A stretch of DNA of 64,000 nucleotides from an uncultured Planctomycetota bacterium. Its GTDB lineage: Bacteria > Planctomycetota > Planctomycetia > Isosphaerales > Isosphaeraceae. This document shows, in pieces, positions 43,072 through 54,596 of this stretch; position 1 is the stretch's first letter; each line of letters begins with the position of its first letter. The notes beneath the pieces are model-generated. The model did no database searches. It saw nothing but the letters and a program-made list of their open reading frames with translations, and was not told the origin of the DNA. The translations under genes and the position numbers were made by a program. The stretch covers positions 6,688,001 through 6,752,000 of the forward strand of contig CAVTTN010000002.1 of NCBI GenBank assembly GCA_963737655.1, given 5' to 3'.

Positions 43072-44191
43072 GGGCGTGGTCGATCGTGGAACTTCGGGGG
43101 GTGGCCTCTCGATCGTCGGGGGCTCGACCCGGGCCGCTTCGGGGGCCTGGATGTCGAGAGCGGTGGCGCCGGGGCGGGGAGGGGTCATGACCAGAGCCCG
43201 GTGAGCGAGGTCGAAACCCTCCATCTCTCGACCGTCGGGGGAAGCGATCGACAGCGAGGCCCCGGAGAACGGCCGGGCCTCCAAGCCGTTTTGTGGCCCC
43301 TTCGGCCTGGTCCCGCTCCTGTTAGGGGCCGGGTGAAGTCGTCGCGGGTGCGTTCTCGACGCGTCGCGGCCGCCAGTAGGGCCGTCGCCCCGGGTCGCCG
43401 AGCTGCCCGCGGCGGGATCCGTGGCCTCGAGCCCGCGGACTACGAGGGGCGCCGGCCCCTCCCTTTCGACCCGCCGCTCCGATCGAGGCCGAGACCCCGG
43501 GATGGGCCACGAAGAAGCGTCGCACCCGGCGATCCTCCTTCGTCGGGGATCGTTCGACGCTCGGCCCCAGGCCGGGCCGGCGGCCCGGTGGCGAAGGGCG
43601 TCGCGAATGATGCCTCGCCGGGCACCTCGGCCGAGGTGCCGTGCCCCAGCCCGGGGCGGGCCGCGGTCGGCGACGGCGTTCGTGGATGTCCGAGGGACCG
43701 GACCCGTGCCCTCCCCGGGTGTCCCTTTCTGGAGTGCCTCGGTCCCCCTCGTCCTCGTCCTTCAGCCCGTGCCTCCCGGTGGGCCGGAGGCCCGCCCCGA
43801 CGCGGGTGGCGGCCTCGGCCTCCCCCGACGGCCGGTCGATCGGGCTGCGCCCGCGGGTGCAATCCCCCGGGGGGCGGCCGGTCGAGGACACCTCGTCGAG
43901 GATTCGGACGCATGCCCGGCTCGTGATCGCAACGATCGCGGCTCTGGGCCTCGGGGCGTCCGGGTGGCCGAAGGCTCCGTCTCCGACCCGACGCGGGCCG
44001 CCGGGTAAAGCGGGGCGTTTGGGACCTCGGCCGTCCCCCGTCCCGCGCCCCAGGCCCATCCCCGGGGCGACGGCCCTGCCGGCCGTCCGTGCACCTTCGA
44101 GCGACCACCGGCGGCGCGAGGCGGCCCCTGAGGGCTAAGGAAAAGGCCTCGCCGGCTCCGGGTCCGCCCGGGGCCGGCGAGCCGTGTTACA

Positions 44192-45620
44192 TCAGCCCCG
44201 GCCGATCGACGGGGGGTGCCTGGCGGGGAGGGCCCGGAGCAGGATCGCGGCGAGCGCGATGAGGAGGACCAACGCCGGGCCGAGCCGCCGGGCGGCCGCG
44301 ACGGCGACGAGGCCGGGGGCTTCGACCAGGGGCCGCGACACCGTGTCGGCGGACGAGGCCAGGCCCCGGGCTCCGTCGAGGAAGGGGTCGGGGTCGGCGA
44401 GGAAGGCGGCCAGGGCGGCCGAGACCGCCAGGGCGCCCTCGTGTTTCCAGACGAACTCCAGCCCGGCGTCGCCCCGCCGGGCGACGACCGCCATCAGCTC
44501 GTCGGTGCGGCCGATCCGCGCCAGGGCGCCGGAGTCGGCCAGCGCCGCCAGACGCCGGGCGTTCGCCGGCCCCAGCGATTCCAGGGCCCGCCGACCGGCC
44601 GGGCCGAGGGCCGAAGGCACGACGAGGGCGGCTCGACGGGCCGCCGCGACCCCGACGCCCAGGGACCGGCTCGCCACCTTCGCGGCGGCTGATCCGGAGG
44701 GGCCGAGGCGGCGGGCGGAGGCCTTGGCGGCCTCGCGGGCGATCGTCCCGACCCCGGCCTCGGATAGAGCGGTCCCGAACCGCATGATCGCAATCGCCAG
44801 CAGGATTGCCTCGACGGTGGAGAGACGACGAGCGGGCGAGCACGCCCGCCCTGCGGGCCTCGGAACGACGGCGGGCGAACTGGCGGAGCCTCGGGCCCAG
44901 GCCGGGCGCGGAAGTTGTGCCCTCCAGGGTCGCGCGCATCGCCGCGAGGACGGCCGACGATGCCGATCGCGCGAGGTCGGCGCGGGGGTCGCCCAGTCGC
45001 GACAGCTCGGCGGCGACCAGGCGGTCGACCGCGGCCCCGGCGGCCTGGCCCACGCCGAGGGTCGCCAGCGGCGAGGCGGTCAGCAGGCCGGCCCGGACGC
45101 CGACCCCAGGGCGGCCCGGCCCAGCGCCTCGCCCAGCGCCAGGGCGGCCAGGGTCGACGCCGCGTCCCGGCCGAACGACGCGATCGCCAGGGTTGACGCC
45201 CGAGACGTCGCCGCGGCCAGCTCGGCGTGGAGCCCGGCCACGTGGATCGGTGGGAGGGCCGGCGAGGGGACGTCCAGGTCGGCCCGGAGCCGGGTCGCGA
45301 GGTCGGCCTCGGCCGACTCGACGGCGACGGCCGAGTCGATCCTCGATCGCACCTCGGCCGGGTCGAGCAGCTCCTCGGCGGCCACGCGGTCGAGGAAGGC
45401 GGTGTGGCGGCCCGAGCCGGCCAGGGGGATAGGGTCCAGGGCGAGCCGCCAGTGGCCGCCCGGGCCCTGGGCCCGGGCGGCGAAGGCCGGGGCGCGGCGG
45501 GCGGCGTGGTCGAAGGTCGCGGCTAGGCGGGAGAGTTGGGCGTCGATCGCGGGGCCGCGGGCGGGCGGCCGGGCGGACAGCACTCCCGCGACTCGACGGA
45601 GGTCAAGGCCGCCCATGCCC
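44192..45620 (-). pseudogene. Fragmented hypothetical helical/membrane protein gene(s)
   Basis: Coding-like segments in three minus frames, e.g. GLEFVWKHEGALAVSAALAAFLADPDPFL and a C-terminal TM. Confidence 0.4.
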
Positions 45621-45743
45621 GGGACCGTGGCCAATGCCGTCGATCGGAGGCCCTCGGCGGGGAAGTCCACCGACCCGGAGGTCTCTGCGAGCCGGGGCGG
45701 TCGCGCCCGGTTGCGACCGCCGGGGATTCCTGGGAAGATCGCT

Positions 45744-45767
45744 TCAGGTTTCGCCCCTCGACGGATA
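45744..45767 (+). promoter_or_regulatory. Putative ECF-3 autoregulatory promoter TCAG-N15-GGATA
   Basis: gcttcag-gtttcgcccctcgac-ggatagag just before the start codon; matched at 54597-54620 (-). Confidence 0.6.
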
Positions 45768-45780
45768 GAGACTGCCGGTG

Positions 45781-46407
45781 ATGCCCGATCGGGACCACGA
45801 CCCACATTCGACGAAGGCCAGCCTCCTCCTTCGCATCCGGGACCACGGCGACTCGGCCTCCTGGGCCGACTTCGTCAGCGTCTACGCCCCGCTGATCCGT
45901 GGCTATTGCCGTCGGAAGGGGCTCCAGGAGGCGGACTCGGCCGACGTGGAGCAGGAGGTCCTCGCCCAGGTCGCGCGCTCGATCGCCGCCTTCGAGTACG
46001 AGCCCGGCCGGGGCCGGTTCCGCGACTGGCTGGGCAAGGTCACGCGGAGCAAGATCGCCCGGTTCCAGGAGAAGGCGGCGAGGGGCGGGCGGGCCGTGGG
46101 AGGGGAGGACTCGGGCGCGATCATCGACCGGATCGACGGCCCGGCGGAGGACCCCGAATGGACCTCCGCGTTCCACTCCCGCGTCCTGGACGTCGCCCTG
46201 GACCGGGTCCGCCCGGGGTTCGAGCCCTCCACCTGGTCGGCCTTCTCCGGGGTGTGGTCCGAGGGCCGTCCGGCGCCCGAGGTGGCCCGGGCCCTGGGCC
46301 TGACGATCGACTCGGTCTACGCCGCCAAGTTCCGGGTGCTCAAGCGCCTCCGCCAGGAAGTCCTGACCCTGGCCGACGACCTGCCGTCGGCCCCGTTCTC
46401 GGCGTGA
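45781..46407 (+). CDS. ECF sigma factor (TxxSLL kinase-associated type), ECF-3
   Basis: STKASLLLRIRD..SWADFVSVYAPLI..DSADVEQEV..GRFRDWL..VYAAKFRVLKRLR. Confidence 0.9.
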   Translation: MPDRDHDPHSTKASLLLRIRDHGDSASWADFVSVYAPLIRGYCRRKGLQEADSADVEQEVLAQVARSIAAFEYEPGRGRFRDWLGKVTRSKIARFQEKAARGGRAVGGEDSGAIIDRIDGPAEDPEWTSAFHSRVLDVALDRVRPGFEPSTWSAFSGVWSEGRPAPEVARALGLTIDSVYAAKFRVLKRLRQEVLTLADDLPSAPFSA

Positions 46408-46435
46408 GGCCCCACGCCCCGGAGGCCGTCCCGCG

Positions 46436-49354
46436 ATGACCACCTGCCCCGCGACCGAGATCCTCGGCGCCCTGATCGGGGGCGACCTCCCGCCGGACCT
46501 GGCCTCGACGGTCCGGGCTCACGTGGAGGGCTGCCCCGAATGCCTGGGGACCCTGGACCGATTGACCGACGACCCGGAGCTGGCCTCGTGGATGGCCGAG
46601 GGGTCCGGCGAGCGCGCGACGCTCCCAGGGGCCGGCCCCGAGGCGGCCGCCCCGGCCCCCCTGCCCACGGCGATCGGCCCCTACGCGATCGAGGCCGAGG
46701 TCGGCCGCGGAGGGATGGGCGTGGTGTACCGGGCCCGGGACCCGGCGATGGGGCGGGTCGTCGCCCTGAAGGTGCTCCGGGCCGAGGGGATCGACCGGGC
46801 GGCCCGCGAGCGGTTCGTGAGAGAGGTCCGCGCCCTGGCCCGGGTCGAGCACGACCACGTCGTCCGGGTGTATACGACGAGCGGCCCGGACGAGCCGGTG
46901 GCCTACTTCGCGATGGAATACCTCGCCGGCCCGAGCCTGGCCGAGGAGGTCCGCGACCGGGGGCGGATCGACCCGAGGCGGGCGGCCCGGGTCGTGGCCG
47001 AGGTCGCCTCGGGGCTGGCGGCGGCCCACGCCTCGGGCCTGGTCCACCGCGATGTGAAGCCGGCCAACGTCCTGTTCGACGCCTCGGGCCGCGCCAAGGT
47101 CGGCGACTTCGGGCTGGCCCTCCTGGAGGGCGAGGCCTCGGGCCTGACCCGCGACGGGGTGATCGCCGGGACGCCCGCCTACCTGAGCCCCGAGCAGGCC
47201 CGGGGCGGGGCCGCCGACGCCCGGTCCGACGTCTACGCCCTTGGCGTGACCCTCTACGAGTGCCTGGCCGGCGAGAGCCCCTTCCGGGGGTCGCCGCACC
47301 GGGTCGTCCACCAAGTCCTCCACAACGAGCCCTTGCCCCCGCGGACGTTCCACGAGTCGATCCCGCGCAACCTGGAGACGATCGCGCTGAAGGCGATGGC
47401 CAAGGAGCCCGATCGCCGCTACCGGTCGGCCTCGGCCCTGGCCGACGATCTCGGTCGCTGGCTCGGCGGCGAGCCGATCGCGGCGCGGCCGGTCGGGACG
47501 ATCGAGCGGATCTGGCGGTCGGCCCGGAGGAGGCCGGCGGTCTCGGCCCTGGCCGCGGCCCTGGGGGCGGCGGTCGTGGCGGGGTTCGCCGGGGTCTCCT
47601 GGCAGTGGCGGAGGGCCGAGGCCAACGCCCGAGAGGCCAACGGCTATCTCCGCAAGACCCTCGAATCGGTGGACGCCTACTTCGTCAAGGTCAGCGAGAG
47701 CCGCCTCCTGGACGTCCCCAACCTCCAGCCCCTCCGCCGCGACCTCCTCGCCGCGGCCCGCGACTATTACGAGGCCCTCCTCCGCGACCGGCCGGGGGAC
47801 CCCGCCATCCGCCTCGACCTGGCCCGGGCCCGGGCCCAGCTCGCGGTGGTCGTCTCGACCGTCGGCACGGTCGATGAGGCGATCGGCCTGTTCCGGCAGG
47901 CGCTCTCGGAATTCGACCGGATCGTCGAGCGCTCCCCCGACGACCCGGCCGCGCGGTTCGCCCGGCTGTTCTGCCTGATCAACCTGGCGAAGGTGCAGAT
48001 CGGCAGCGCGCGATACGAGGACGCCCGAGCGACCTATCTCCGGGTCCTGGACGAGGCCGGGCCCCTGCGCCGCCTCCGGCCCGGGGCCGACGAGCCCCTC
48101 AAGGCGATCTACTCGGCCCGCCACGGCCTGGGCACGGTCGCCCTGTACCTCCGCGGCGACCTGGACGCCGCCATCGCCGAGTACGAGCGGGCGCTGGCGA
48201 TCAACCAGGAGCTGCTCGCACGCAAGCCGGACGACCGCGACTACCTGCGGAACGTCTCGAGGACGGCCGGGATGCTGGTGAACCCCTACGAGGGGAAGGG
48301 CCGGACCGCCGAGTCCCGCGCGGCGCTCGACCGGAGCTATGGGGCGACCCGGCGGCTGGTCGCCGAGCATCCCGAGGCCCAGGATTACCGGTTCGCCCTG
48401 GCGGCCCTGGAACGCTCCTACGCCCTGATCCCGTTCGCGCAGGCCACGGCGCTCCACGGCGCCGCGGCGATGGCGAAGATGGACGAGGCCCGGCAGCCCC
48501 TGGGCCGGGCCCTGGCCCTGGACCGCGACCTGGTGCGGGAGAACCCGCGGGTGGCCGTCTACCGCACCGACTTCCTCGGGTTGCTGTGGATCGCCGCCGC
48601 CCTGGAGTCGGCCTCGGGGCGGAACGACCGGGGCCTGGAGTTCCTGCGCGAGGCCCGCGAGGCCGCCTCCCCGGAGGTCGATCCGGACGCCCAGATGGGC
48701 TTCGATCGTCCGACCCAGGCGGCCATCCTGGGCACGACGGCGGTCGTCCTCGCCGAGGAGGGGCGAGCGGGCGAGGCCCGGCCGTTCCTGGACCAGGCCG
48801 ATCGCATCCTCGCCTCGCTCACGAAGGCGGAGCGGACGGCCTCCGCCCACATCGGGCCCCAGGCGATGATGGCCGCCTGCTACCGGGGGCAGATCCTCCT
48901 CGAAGCGGGGGACCCGGCCGAGAGCCTCCTGGCCTGGGACCGGGCATGCGAGCTGGCCCCCGCGCCCTGAGGCCCCTGATCGAATTCTTCCGGGAGATGT
49001 CCCGCGCCGAGGCCGCCCGAGGCCCCGACCCCGACCCGAAGCGGGCCCTGGCCGTGGCCCCCCTGGTCGATGCCATCTCCGCCGGGCAGCCGGTCCCCGG
49101 CGTCACGAACGTCTGGTACGCGAGGGTCCACGCCCTGGCCGCGTCCGTCGCCCCCGAGCCCCTCCGCCCGCGAGGCGCTCGACGCCCGGGCCGTCTTCCG
49201 CCTGGAGAAGGCGCGCGACGCCGGCCATTTCCGGGTCCCCGGCCGCACGGCCCGGGTCGATTCCGATCCCGCCTTCGCGCGGCTCCGCGACCGCGAGGAC
49301 TACCGAGGGTTCCGCAAGGCCCTCGGGGACCGGGCCGGCCGAGGCGATCGGTAG
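46436..49354 (+). CDS. Ser/Thr kinase with N-terminal HxxxCxxC (ZAS-like) motif, TM and TPR-like repeats; frameshifts near 48965 and 49165
   Basis: C..HVEGCPEC, GRGGMGVV, HRDVKPAN, DFGLA, GTPAYLSPEQ; tail DSDPAFARLRDREDY in another frame. Confidence 0.85.
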
Positions 49355-49504
49355 CCGCTCCCGACGGGGTCGCGGAGGCCGCCCGAAGGATCGCGATCGG
49401 GCCAGCCGGGACGAGACCATCGACTGGACGGCGGCCCCGCCCCCCGAAGTCTCGGGGGGCGGGGCCGCGCGGGGCCGGGGTCAGAAATGGAGCCGAGCGG
49501 CCGA

Positions 49505-50194
49505 TCACGCCGCCGATCGGCGCCGGCGGGCCCAGGCCGTGGCGGCCGAGAGGCCCAGGACGAGCATCGTCGCGCTGGCCGGCTCGGGGACGCCCTGGAG
49601 GGTCACGACCGGCGGGCCGATCAGGAATCCCGCCTCGCCGCCCGGGAAGGCCCGGCCCGGGTCGCTCGCGTAGGTGTTGATGAACGGCGACGGCCCCGTG
49701 ATGTCCGTGCTCAGGAGCGTGTCGGCCGAGCTCGGGTCGGTCGTGGGCAGAGCGAAGCCCGAGCTGTCCAGGATCGAGAACGAGAAGTTGTCGGGGGCCG
49801 GCGCGTTCGCCGCGGTCGTCAGGACGACGCGGAAGGTCAGGATGTCGCCGGGCGTGAAGGTCTGGTTGAAGTCGGTCAGCGGGGCGGAATCGACGAGCGT
49901 GACCCCGGAGGTCAGGCTCCCGGTCGCCCCGCCCGTCAGGCCGGGCGAGCCGGTGGCCGCGCCCCCGGTTCCCAGGCCGATCCGGGTGATCGTGGCGGTG
50001 TCGGTGTTGGGGCTCCCGCCGATGGCCGTCAGCGTGAAGTCGATCGCGTAGGGGGCGCCTCCGGCGTTGGCCTGGAGGGGCGTGGTGTCCAGGGTCACGT
50101 CGAAGACGTAGTCGGCCCGGCTCGCGGCGGGCAGGGCGGCCATCAGGGCGAGGCCCAACAGACAGCGGGGGAAGATCGATCGCGGAGTGCTCAT
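49505..50194 (-). CDS. PEP-CTERM protein (resembles NF038129 family), partner P2
   Basis: Signal peptide ending RA-D, YVFDVTLDT, DFNQTF, FSFSILD, VPEPAS + TM + RRRR. Confidence 0.9.
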   Translation of the reverse strand: MSTPRSIFPRCLLGLALMAALPAASRADYVFDVTLDTTPLQANAGGAPYAIDFTLTAIGGSPNTDTATITRIGLGTGGAATGSPGLTGGATGSLTSGVTLVDSAPLTDFNQTFTPGDILTFRVVLTTAANAPAPDNFSFSILDSSGFALPTTDPSSADTLLSTDITGPSPFINTYASDPGRAFPGGEAGFLIGPPVVTLQGVPEPASATMLVLGLSAATAWARRRRSAA

Positions 50195-50334
50195 GACGGG
50201 ACGGGCTCCGGTCCGGGAAGGGGTCCGATCGGGGTGCGGGATGTCTCGGGTTAGTCGGGCCTCCGGGGGAGGGCCGCCCTCAGGCGCCCCTCCCCGGAAA
50301 GTCGCGCCTCGGGGGCGGCCCCGAGGGCCGAGGG

Positions 50335-53300
50335 TCAACGGGCCCCCGCTCCGGCCAGGACTCGGGCGGAGTAGGTGATCGGGCTCACGAGGCCCGGGTC
50401 GTTGAACTCCAGGTAGATCGTCACGCTCTGGCCGGCGCCCGGCGCATTCCCGGCGCCCAGGGGCACGTTGAAGTACGGGCTGCCGGCCTGGCCCACCTGC
50501 TGGGTGGTCCCGCTGGCGTTCACGAGCGTGGCGTGGGTCAGGTCGTCGAGCACCAGAGAGACCGGGCCGGCGATCGCCGAGCCCGAGGTGTTCTTGATCG
50601 TCACGGCCTGGAGGAAGTGGCCGGTCTTCTTGTTGTAGGCGAATCCGCCCCGCGTGAAGGCGACCTCGGAGGTCACGTCCTGGGTGACGCCCAGTAGGAG
50701 GTCGTTCGCCTCGTAGGTGCTGGTCATCGTCTCGCCGTTGGAGAGCGTGGGGAGGATCTTGGTGGCGAAGTCGCCGACCCTCGAGCCGAAGGTCAGGGGC
50801 CGGAAGCCGTCGGAGGGCCCGGGGTTGTCATTGTTGATCGTGACGACCCGGAGCGTCCCGTCCAGGGTGGCGACCCCCATCACGGCCAGGCGGTCGTACT
50901 GCGTCCCGACCGAGGTCCCCGCCAGACGGATGAACAGCGTGCCGCCGGGGCCCTGGGCGTAGTTGCCGTTCACGGTGAGGATGCCCGTATTCGCGAGAGG
51001 GCTGGACGGGGCGACCGTCGCGGCGGTGTTCGCGACGTCGGAATGGACGGTCCCGGGGCCGTAGAGGCCGCCGCCGTTGAGGGCCACGCCGGAGGCCGTG
51101 AGGGTCCCTCCGCCGAGGATCGTCCCGGACGCGAGGCCCGATTGGGTGTACGCCCCCTGGACGGTCAGCGTGTCGGTCGCGCCGAGGCCCACGCCCCCGG
51201 CGTTGGAGAACGCCCCGGCCGTGGTGAAGTTCCGGCCGTTCTGGAGGAAGAACTGGGCGTTATTGGCGTTGGTGGCGAGGCCCGCCAGCGCGTTCCCGCC
51301 GTTCTGATCGACGATGCCCGAGCCGGGGCCGAAGAGGAAGATCGAGGCGGCGTTCGTCTGGATGTTCGCGCCGGGGAACTGGAGCGTCCCGTAGACGAGG
51401 TAGGTGCCGCCGGTCAGGGTCGTCCCGGAGAAGTTGGAGAAGGGGCCGGTGAGGTCGAGGGTTCCCGTGTCCACCTCGATCGTGCCGGTGTTGCTCAGGG
51501 AGTAGTTGATCGTGGAGGTGCCGGCGCCCGAGGACTTCTTGAGGGTGCCCTCGTTGGTGAAGGTCCCGCCGTAGTAGGAGCGGAGGTAGCCGTCCCCCTG
51601 GAAGTCGAAGGTGGCGCCGGCCTGGTTGTCGATCGCGGCGCCGCCGCTGTAGCCGTAGACCTGGCCGCCGGAGCCGACCAGCGCCACGGTCCCGGCGTTG
51701 GTCAGCGTCCCGGTGAGCAGCTCGTTGTTCGTCCCGTCGATGGTGAGGCCACTGCCGCTGGCGACGGTGACCGAGCCGTCGAGGTATCCGCCGTTCCAGC
51801 GGAACATCCCGGCGGGGAGGTCGAACGTCGCGCCGGCCGCGTCGGTCGCGAGGTGGCCGCTGCTGAGGTAGACGGTCCCGGCGCCCGAGCCGGTCTCGGT
51901 GCCGGCGTAGGTGTAGGTGTTGCCGCCGGTCAGGTCGTAGGCCGCGCCCGACGCGACGACGAACTTGACGCCGGTGGAGGTCCCGCCTCCGGTGGGGGCG
52001 AGCGTGCCGGTATCGACCTCGGCGGTGGCGGTGTTATTGAACGTGAAGCCGACGTTGGAGGTGCCGGCGCCCGAGGACTTCTTGAGGGTGCCCTCGTTGG
52101 TGAAGGTCCCGCCGTAGTAGGAGTGGAGGTAGCCGTCCCCCTGGAAGTCGAAGGTGGCGCCGGCCTGGTTGTCGATCGTGGCGCCGCCGCTGTAGCCGTA
52201 GACCTGGCCGCCGGAGCCGACCAGCGCCACGGTCCCGGCGTTGGTCAGCGTCCCGGTGAGCAGCTCGTTGTTCGTCCCGTCGATGGTGAGGCCACTGCCG
52301 CTGGCGACGGTGACCGAGCCGTCGAGGTATCCGCCGTTCCAGCGGAACATCCCGGCGGGGAGGTCGAACGTCGCGCCGGCCGCGTCAGTCGCGAGGTGGC
52401 CGCTGCTGAGGTAGTCGGTCCCGGCGCCCGAGCCGGTCTCGGTGCCGGCGTAGGTGTAGGTGTTGCCGCCGGTCAGGTCGTAGGCCGCGCCCGACGCGAC
52501 GACGAACTTGACGCCGGTGGAGGTCCCGCCTCCGGTGGGGGCGAGCGTGCCGGTATCGACCTCGGCGGTGGCGGTGTTATTGAACGTGAAGCCGACGTTG
52601 GAGGTGCCGGTTCCCGAGGACTTCTTGAGGGTGCCCTCGTTGGTGAAGGTCCCGCCGTAGTAGGAGTGGAGGTAGCCGTCCCCCTGGAGGTCGAAGGTGG
52701 CGCCGGCCTGGTTGTCGATCGTCGCGGTCGAGCTGTAGCCGTAGAGCTGGCCGCCGGAGCCGACCAGGGCGATCGTCCCGGCGTTGGTGAGCGTGCCTTG
52801 GAGGTAGTCGTTGTTCGTGCCGTCGATCGTGAGCGACCCGGCATTCGTGACCGAGCCGGCGAGGTAGCCGCCGGACCACTGGAACATCCCGGCCGGCAGG
52901 TTGAACGTCGCCCCGGCGTCGCCGGTGGTCAGGGTTCCGCTGCGGAGGATCACCGTCCCGCCGCCCGAGCCGGTCTCGGTCCCGGCGTAAGTGTAGGTGG
53001 TATTGCCCGTCAGGTCGTAGGCCGCGCCCGGGGCCACGATAAACTGGGCGTTGGTGGATGTCCCACTCCCGGTCGGGTCCAGCGTGCCGGTATCGACCTC
53101 GGCGGTCGCGGTGTTGTCGAGCGCGAAGCTGATCGTGGAGGTTCCGGTTCCCGAGGACTTCTTGAGGGTGCCCTCGTTGGAGAAGGTCCCGCCGTAGTAA
53201 TAGCGGAGGTAGCCGTCCCCCTGGAGGTCGAAGGTGGCGCCGGCCTGGTTGTCGATCGTCGCGGTCGAGCTGTAGCCGTAGAGCTGGCCGCCGGAGCCGA

Positions 53301-54390
53301 CCAGGGCCGCGGTCCCGGCGTTGGTGAGGGTGCCGACGAGGAACTCGTTCCCCGTGCCGTCGATCGTCAGCGACCCGGCGTTCGTGACCGAGCCGTAGAG
53401 GTTGCCGCCGCTCCACTGGAAGAGGCCCGACGGGAGATTGAAGGTCGTCGACCCGTTGGCGGGGGTGATCAGGGTCCCGCTGCGGAGCAGGACGGCCCCC
53501 GCGCCCGAGCCGGTCTGCGTGCCGGAGAACGTGTTGGTGGCGTTGCCGGTCAGGTCGTAGATCGCGTCCTTGGCGACCACGAAATGCACGCCGGTGGTCG
53601 TCCCGCCGCCGCCGGGATAGAGCGTGCCGGTATCGACCTCGGCCGTGCCGGTGTCGTTCAGGGTGAAGCCGACGTTGGAGGTGCCGGCGCCCGAGGACTT
53701 CTTCAGCGTACCCTCGTTGGTGAAGGTCCCGCCGTAGTAGTGGTTCAGGTAGCCGTCCCCCTGGAAGTCGAAGGTGGCGCCGGCCTGGTTGTCGATCGTG
53801 GCGCCGCCGCTGAAGCCGTAGACCTGGCCGCCGGAGCCGACCAGGGCCACGGAGTTCGTATTCGTGAGGGTGCCGAAGAGGTACTCGTTCGCCGTGCCGT
53901 CGATGGTCATCGACCCGGCATTCGTGACCGAGCCGTACAGGTTGCCGCCGCTCCAGGAGGACGTGCCGCCGAACGACACCGGGGCGGCGGCGTTGACGGC
54001 CCCGCCGCTGAGGTTCAGGCCGCCGGGCACGGTCGAGGCCGCGTCGATCTGGAGGCCACCGTTGGAGATGGCGATCGTCGTGTTGGCGTTGTCCGTGAGG
54101 TTCTGGATCTCGTTGCTGCTGCCGTTGGTAATTGTCACCGAGCCGGGGCTGGTCAGCTCGATCTCGGCGTTGTTGCTCGCGGAGGGGACGACGCCCTCGA
54201 CCCAATTCGAGGCGGTGTCGAAGTCGCCGCCGGAGGGATGGAGGGCGGCGTTCCAGTGGATGGTCGTGACGGACATCACGACCCGGCCTTCCAGCGATTC
54301 GAGATCGGGCCGGCGTCCTAGTCGGGGGCGGCGCGACGGAAGGGCGAGGGGGCGGCCCGGCAGGGCGCGCCCGAGGAAGCGACGGATCAT
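50335..54390 (-). CDS. Large extracellular repeat protein (1351 aa) with LEPRxLL-type leader, ~180-aa repeats and conserved C-terminal ~115-aa domain
   Basis: PDLESLEGRVVMS; EGTLKKSSG five times; autotransporter-passenger-like Gly/Thr/Asn composition, no beta-barrel. Confidence 0.9.
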   Translation of the reverse strand: MIRRFLGRALPGRPLALPSRRPRLGRRPDLESLEGRVVMSVTTIHWNAALHPSGGDFDTASNWVEGVVPSASNNAEIELTSPGSVTITNGSSNEIQNLTDNANTTIAISNGGLQIDAASTVPGGLNLSGGAVNAAAPVSFGGTSSWSGGNLYGSVTNAGSMTIDGTANEYLFGTLTNTNSVALVGSGGQVYGFSGGATIDNQAGATFDFQGDGYLNHYYGGTFTNEGTLKKSSGAGTSNVGFTLNDTGTAEVDTGTLYPGGGGTTTGVHFVVAKDAIYDLTGNATNTFSGTQTGSGAGAVLLRSGTLITPANGSTTFNLPSGLFQWSGGNLYGSVTNAGSLTIDGTGNEFLVGTLTNAGTAALVGSGGQLYGYSSTATIDNQAGATFDLQGDGYLRYYYGGTFSNEGTLKKSSGTGTSTISFALDNTATAEVDTGTLDPTGSGTSTNAQFIVAPGAAYDLTGNTTYTYAGTETGSGGGTVILRSGTLTTGDAGATFNLPAGMFQWSGGYLAGSVTNAGSLTIDGTNNDYLQGTLTNAGTIALVGSGGQLYGYSSTATIDNQAGATFDLQGDGYLHSYYGGTFTNEGTLKKSSGTGTSNVGFTFNNTATAEVDTGTLAPTGGGTSTGVKFVVASGAAYDLTGGNTYTYAGTETGSGAGTDYLSSGHLATDAAGATFDLPAGMFRWNGGYLDGSVTVASGSGLTIDGTNNELLTGTLTNAGTVALVGSGGQVYGYSGGATIDNQAGATFDFQGDGYLHSYYGGTFTNEGTLKKSSGAGTSNVGFTFNNTATAEVDTGTLAPTGGGTSTGVKFVVASGAAYDLTGGNTYTYAGTETGSGAGTVYLSSGHLATDAAGATFDLPAGMFRWNGGYLDGSVTVASGSGLTIDGTNNELLTGTLTNAGTVALVGSGGQVYGYSGGAAIDNQAGATFDFQGDGYLRSYYGGTFTNEGTLKKSSGAGTSTINYSLSNTGTIEVDTGTLDLTGPFSNFSGTTLTGGTYLVYGTLQFPGANIQTNAASIFLFGPGSGIVDQNGGNALAGLATNANNAQFFLQNGRNFTTAGAFSNAGGVGLGATDTLTVQGAYTQSGLASGTILGGGTLTASGVALNGGGLYGPGTVHSDVANTAATVAPSSPLANTGILTVNGNYAQGPGGTLFIRLAGTSVGTQYDRLAVMGVATLDGTLRVVTINNDNPGPSDGFRPLTFGSRVGDFATKILPTLSNGETMTSTYEANDLLLGVTQDVTSEVAFTRGGFAYNKKTGHFLQAVTIKNTSGSAIAGPVSLVLDDLTHATLVNASGTTQQVGQAGSPYFNVPLGAGNAPGAGQSVTIYLEFNDPGLVSPITYSARVLAGAGAR
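51480..53960 (-). repeat. Intragenic tandem repeats of 537-543 bp (~4.5 units)
   Basis: Anchor sequence at 51541, 52084, 52627, 53164, 53704; two units are nearly identical in DNA. Confidence 0.9.
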
Positions 54391-54596
54391 GTCATGCAGA
54401 CTCCGTGTTGGAAGAGGCCCTCGGCGGTACGGCCCGCCTCCGACGACCTCGGTGGATCAGCCCGCAGATCGAGCAGACACTCCGCGTCTCCTGGCCCGGG
54501 ACATCCCTCGCCCCCGGCCCCGACGAGTCCGCGAAATGCGGCCCTCCGTCGTCGGATCGGCTCGACCGGCTCGGAAGGAGCTCGTGCCCCCCTCTA

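Noticed and set aside
5340..49170. Many frameshifts as programmed recoding or phase variation
   Set aside because: They also hit backbone genes, often in G/C runs, and include a compensating pair (~40543-40590); sequencing error or decay is simpler. Raw reads are needed to decide.
51480..53960. Diversity-generating retroelement template/variable repeat pair
   Set aside because: No reverse transcriptase in the window; all copies are coding, and differences are not confined to adenines.
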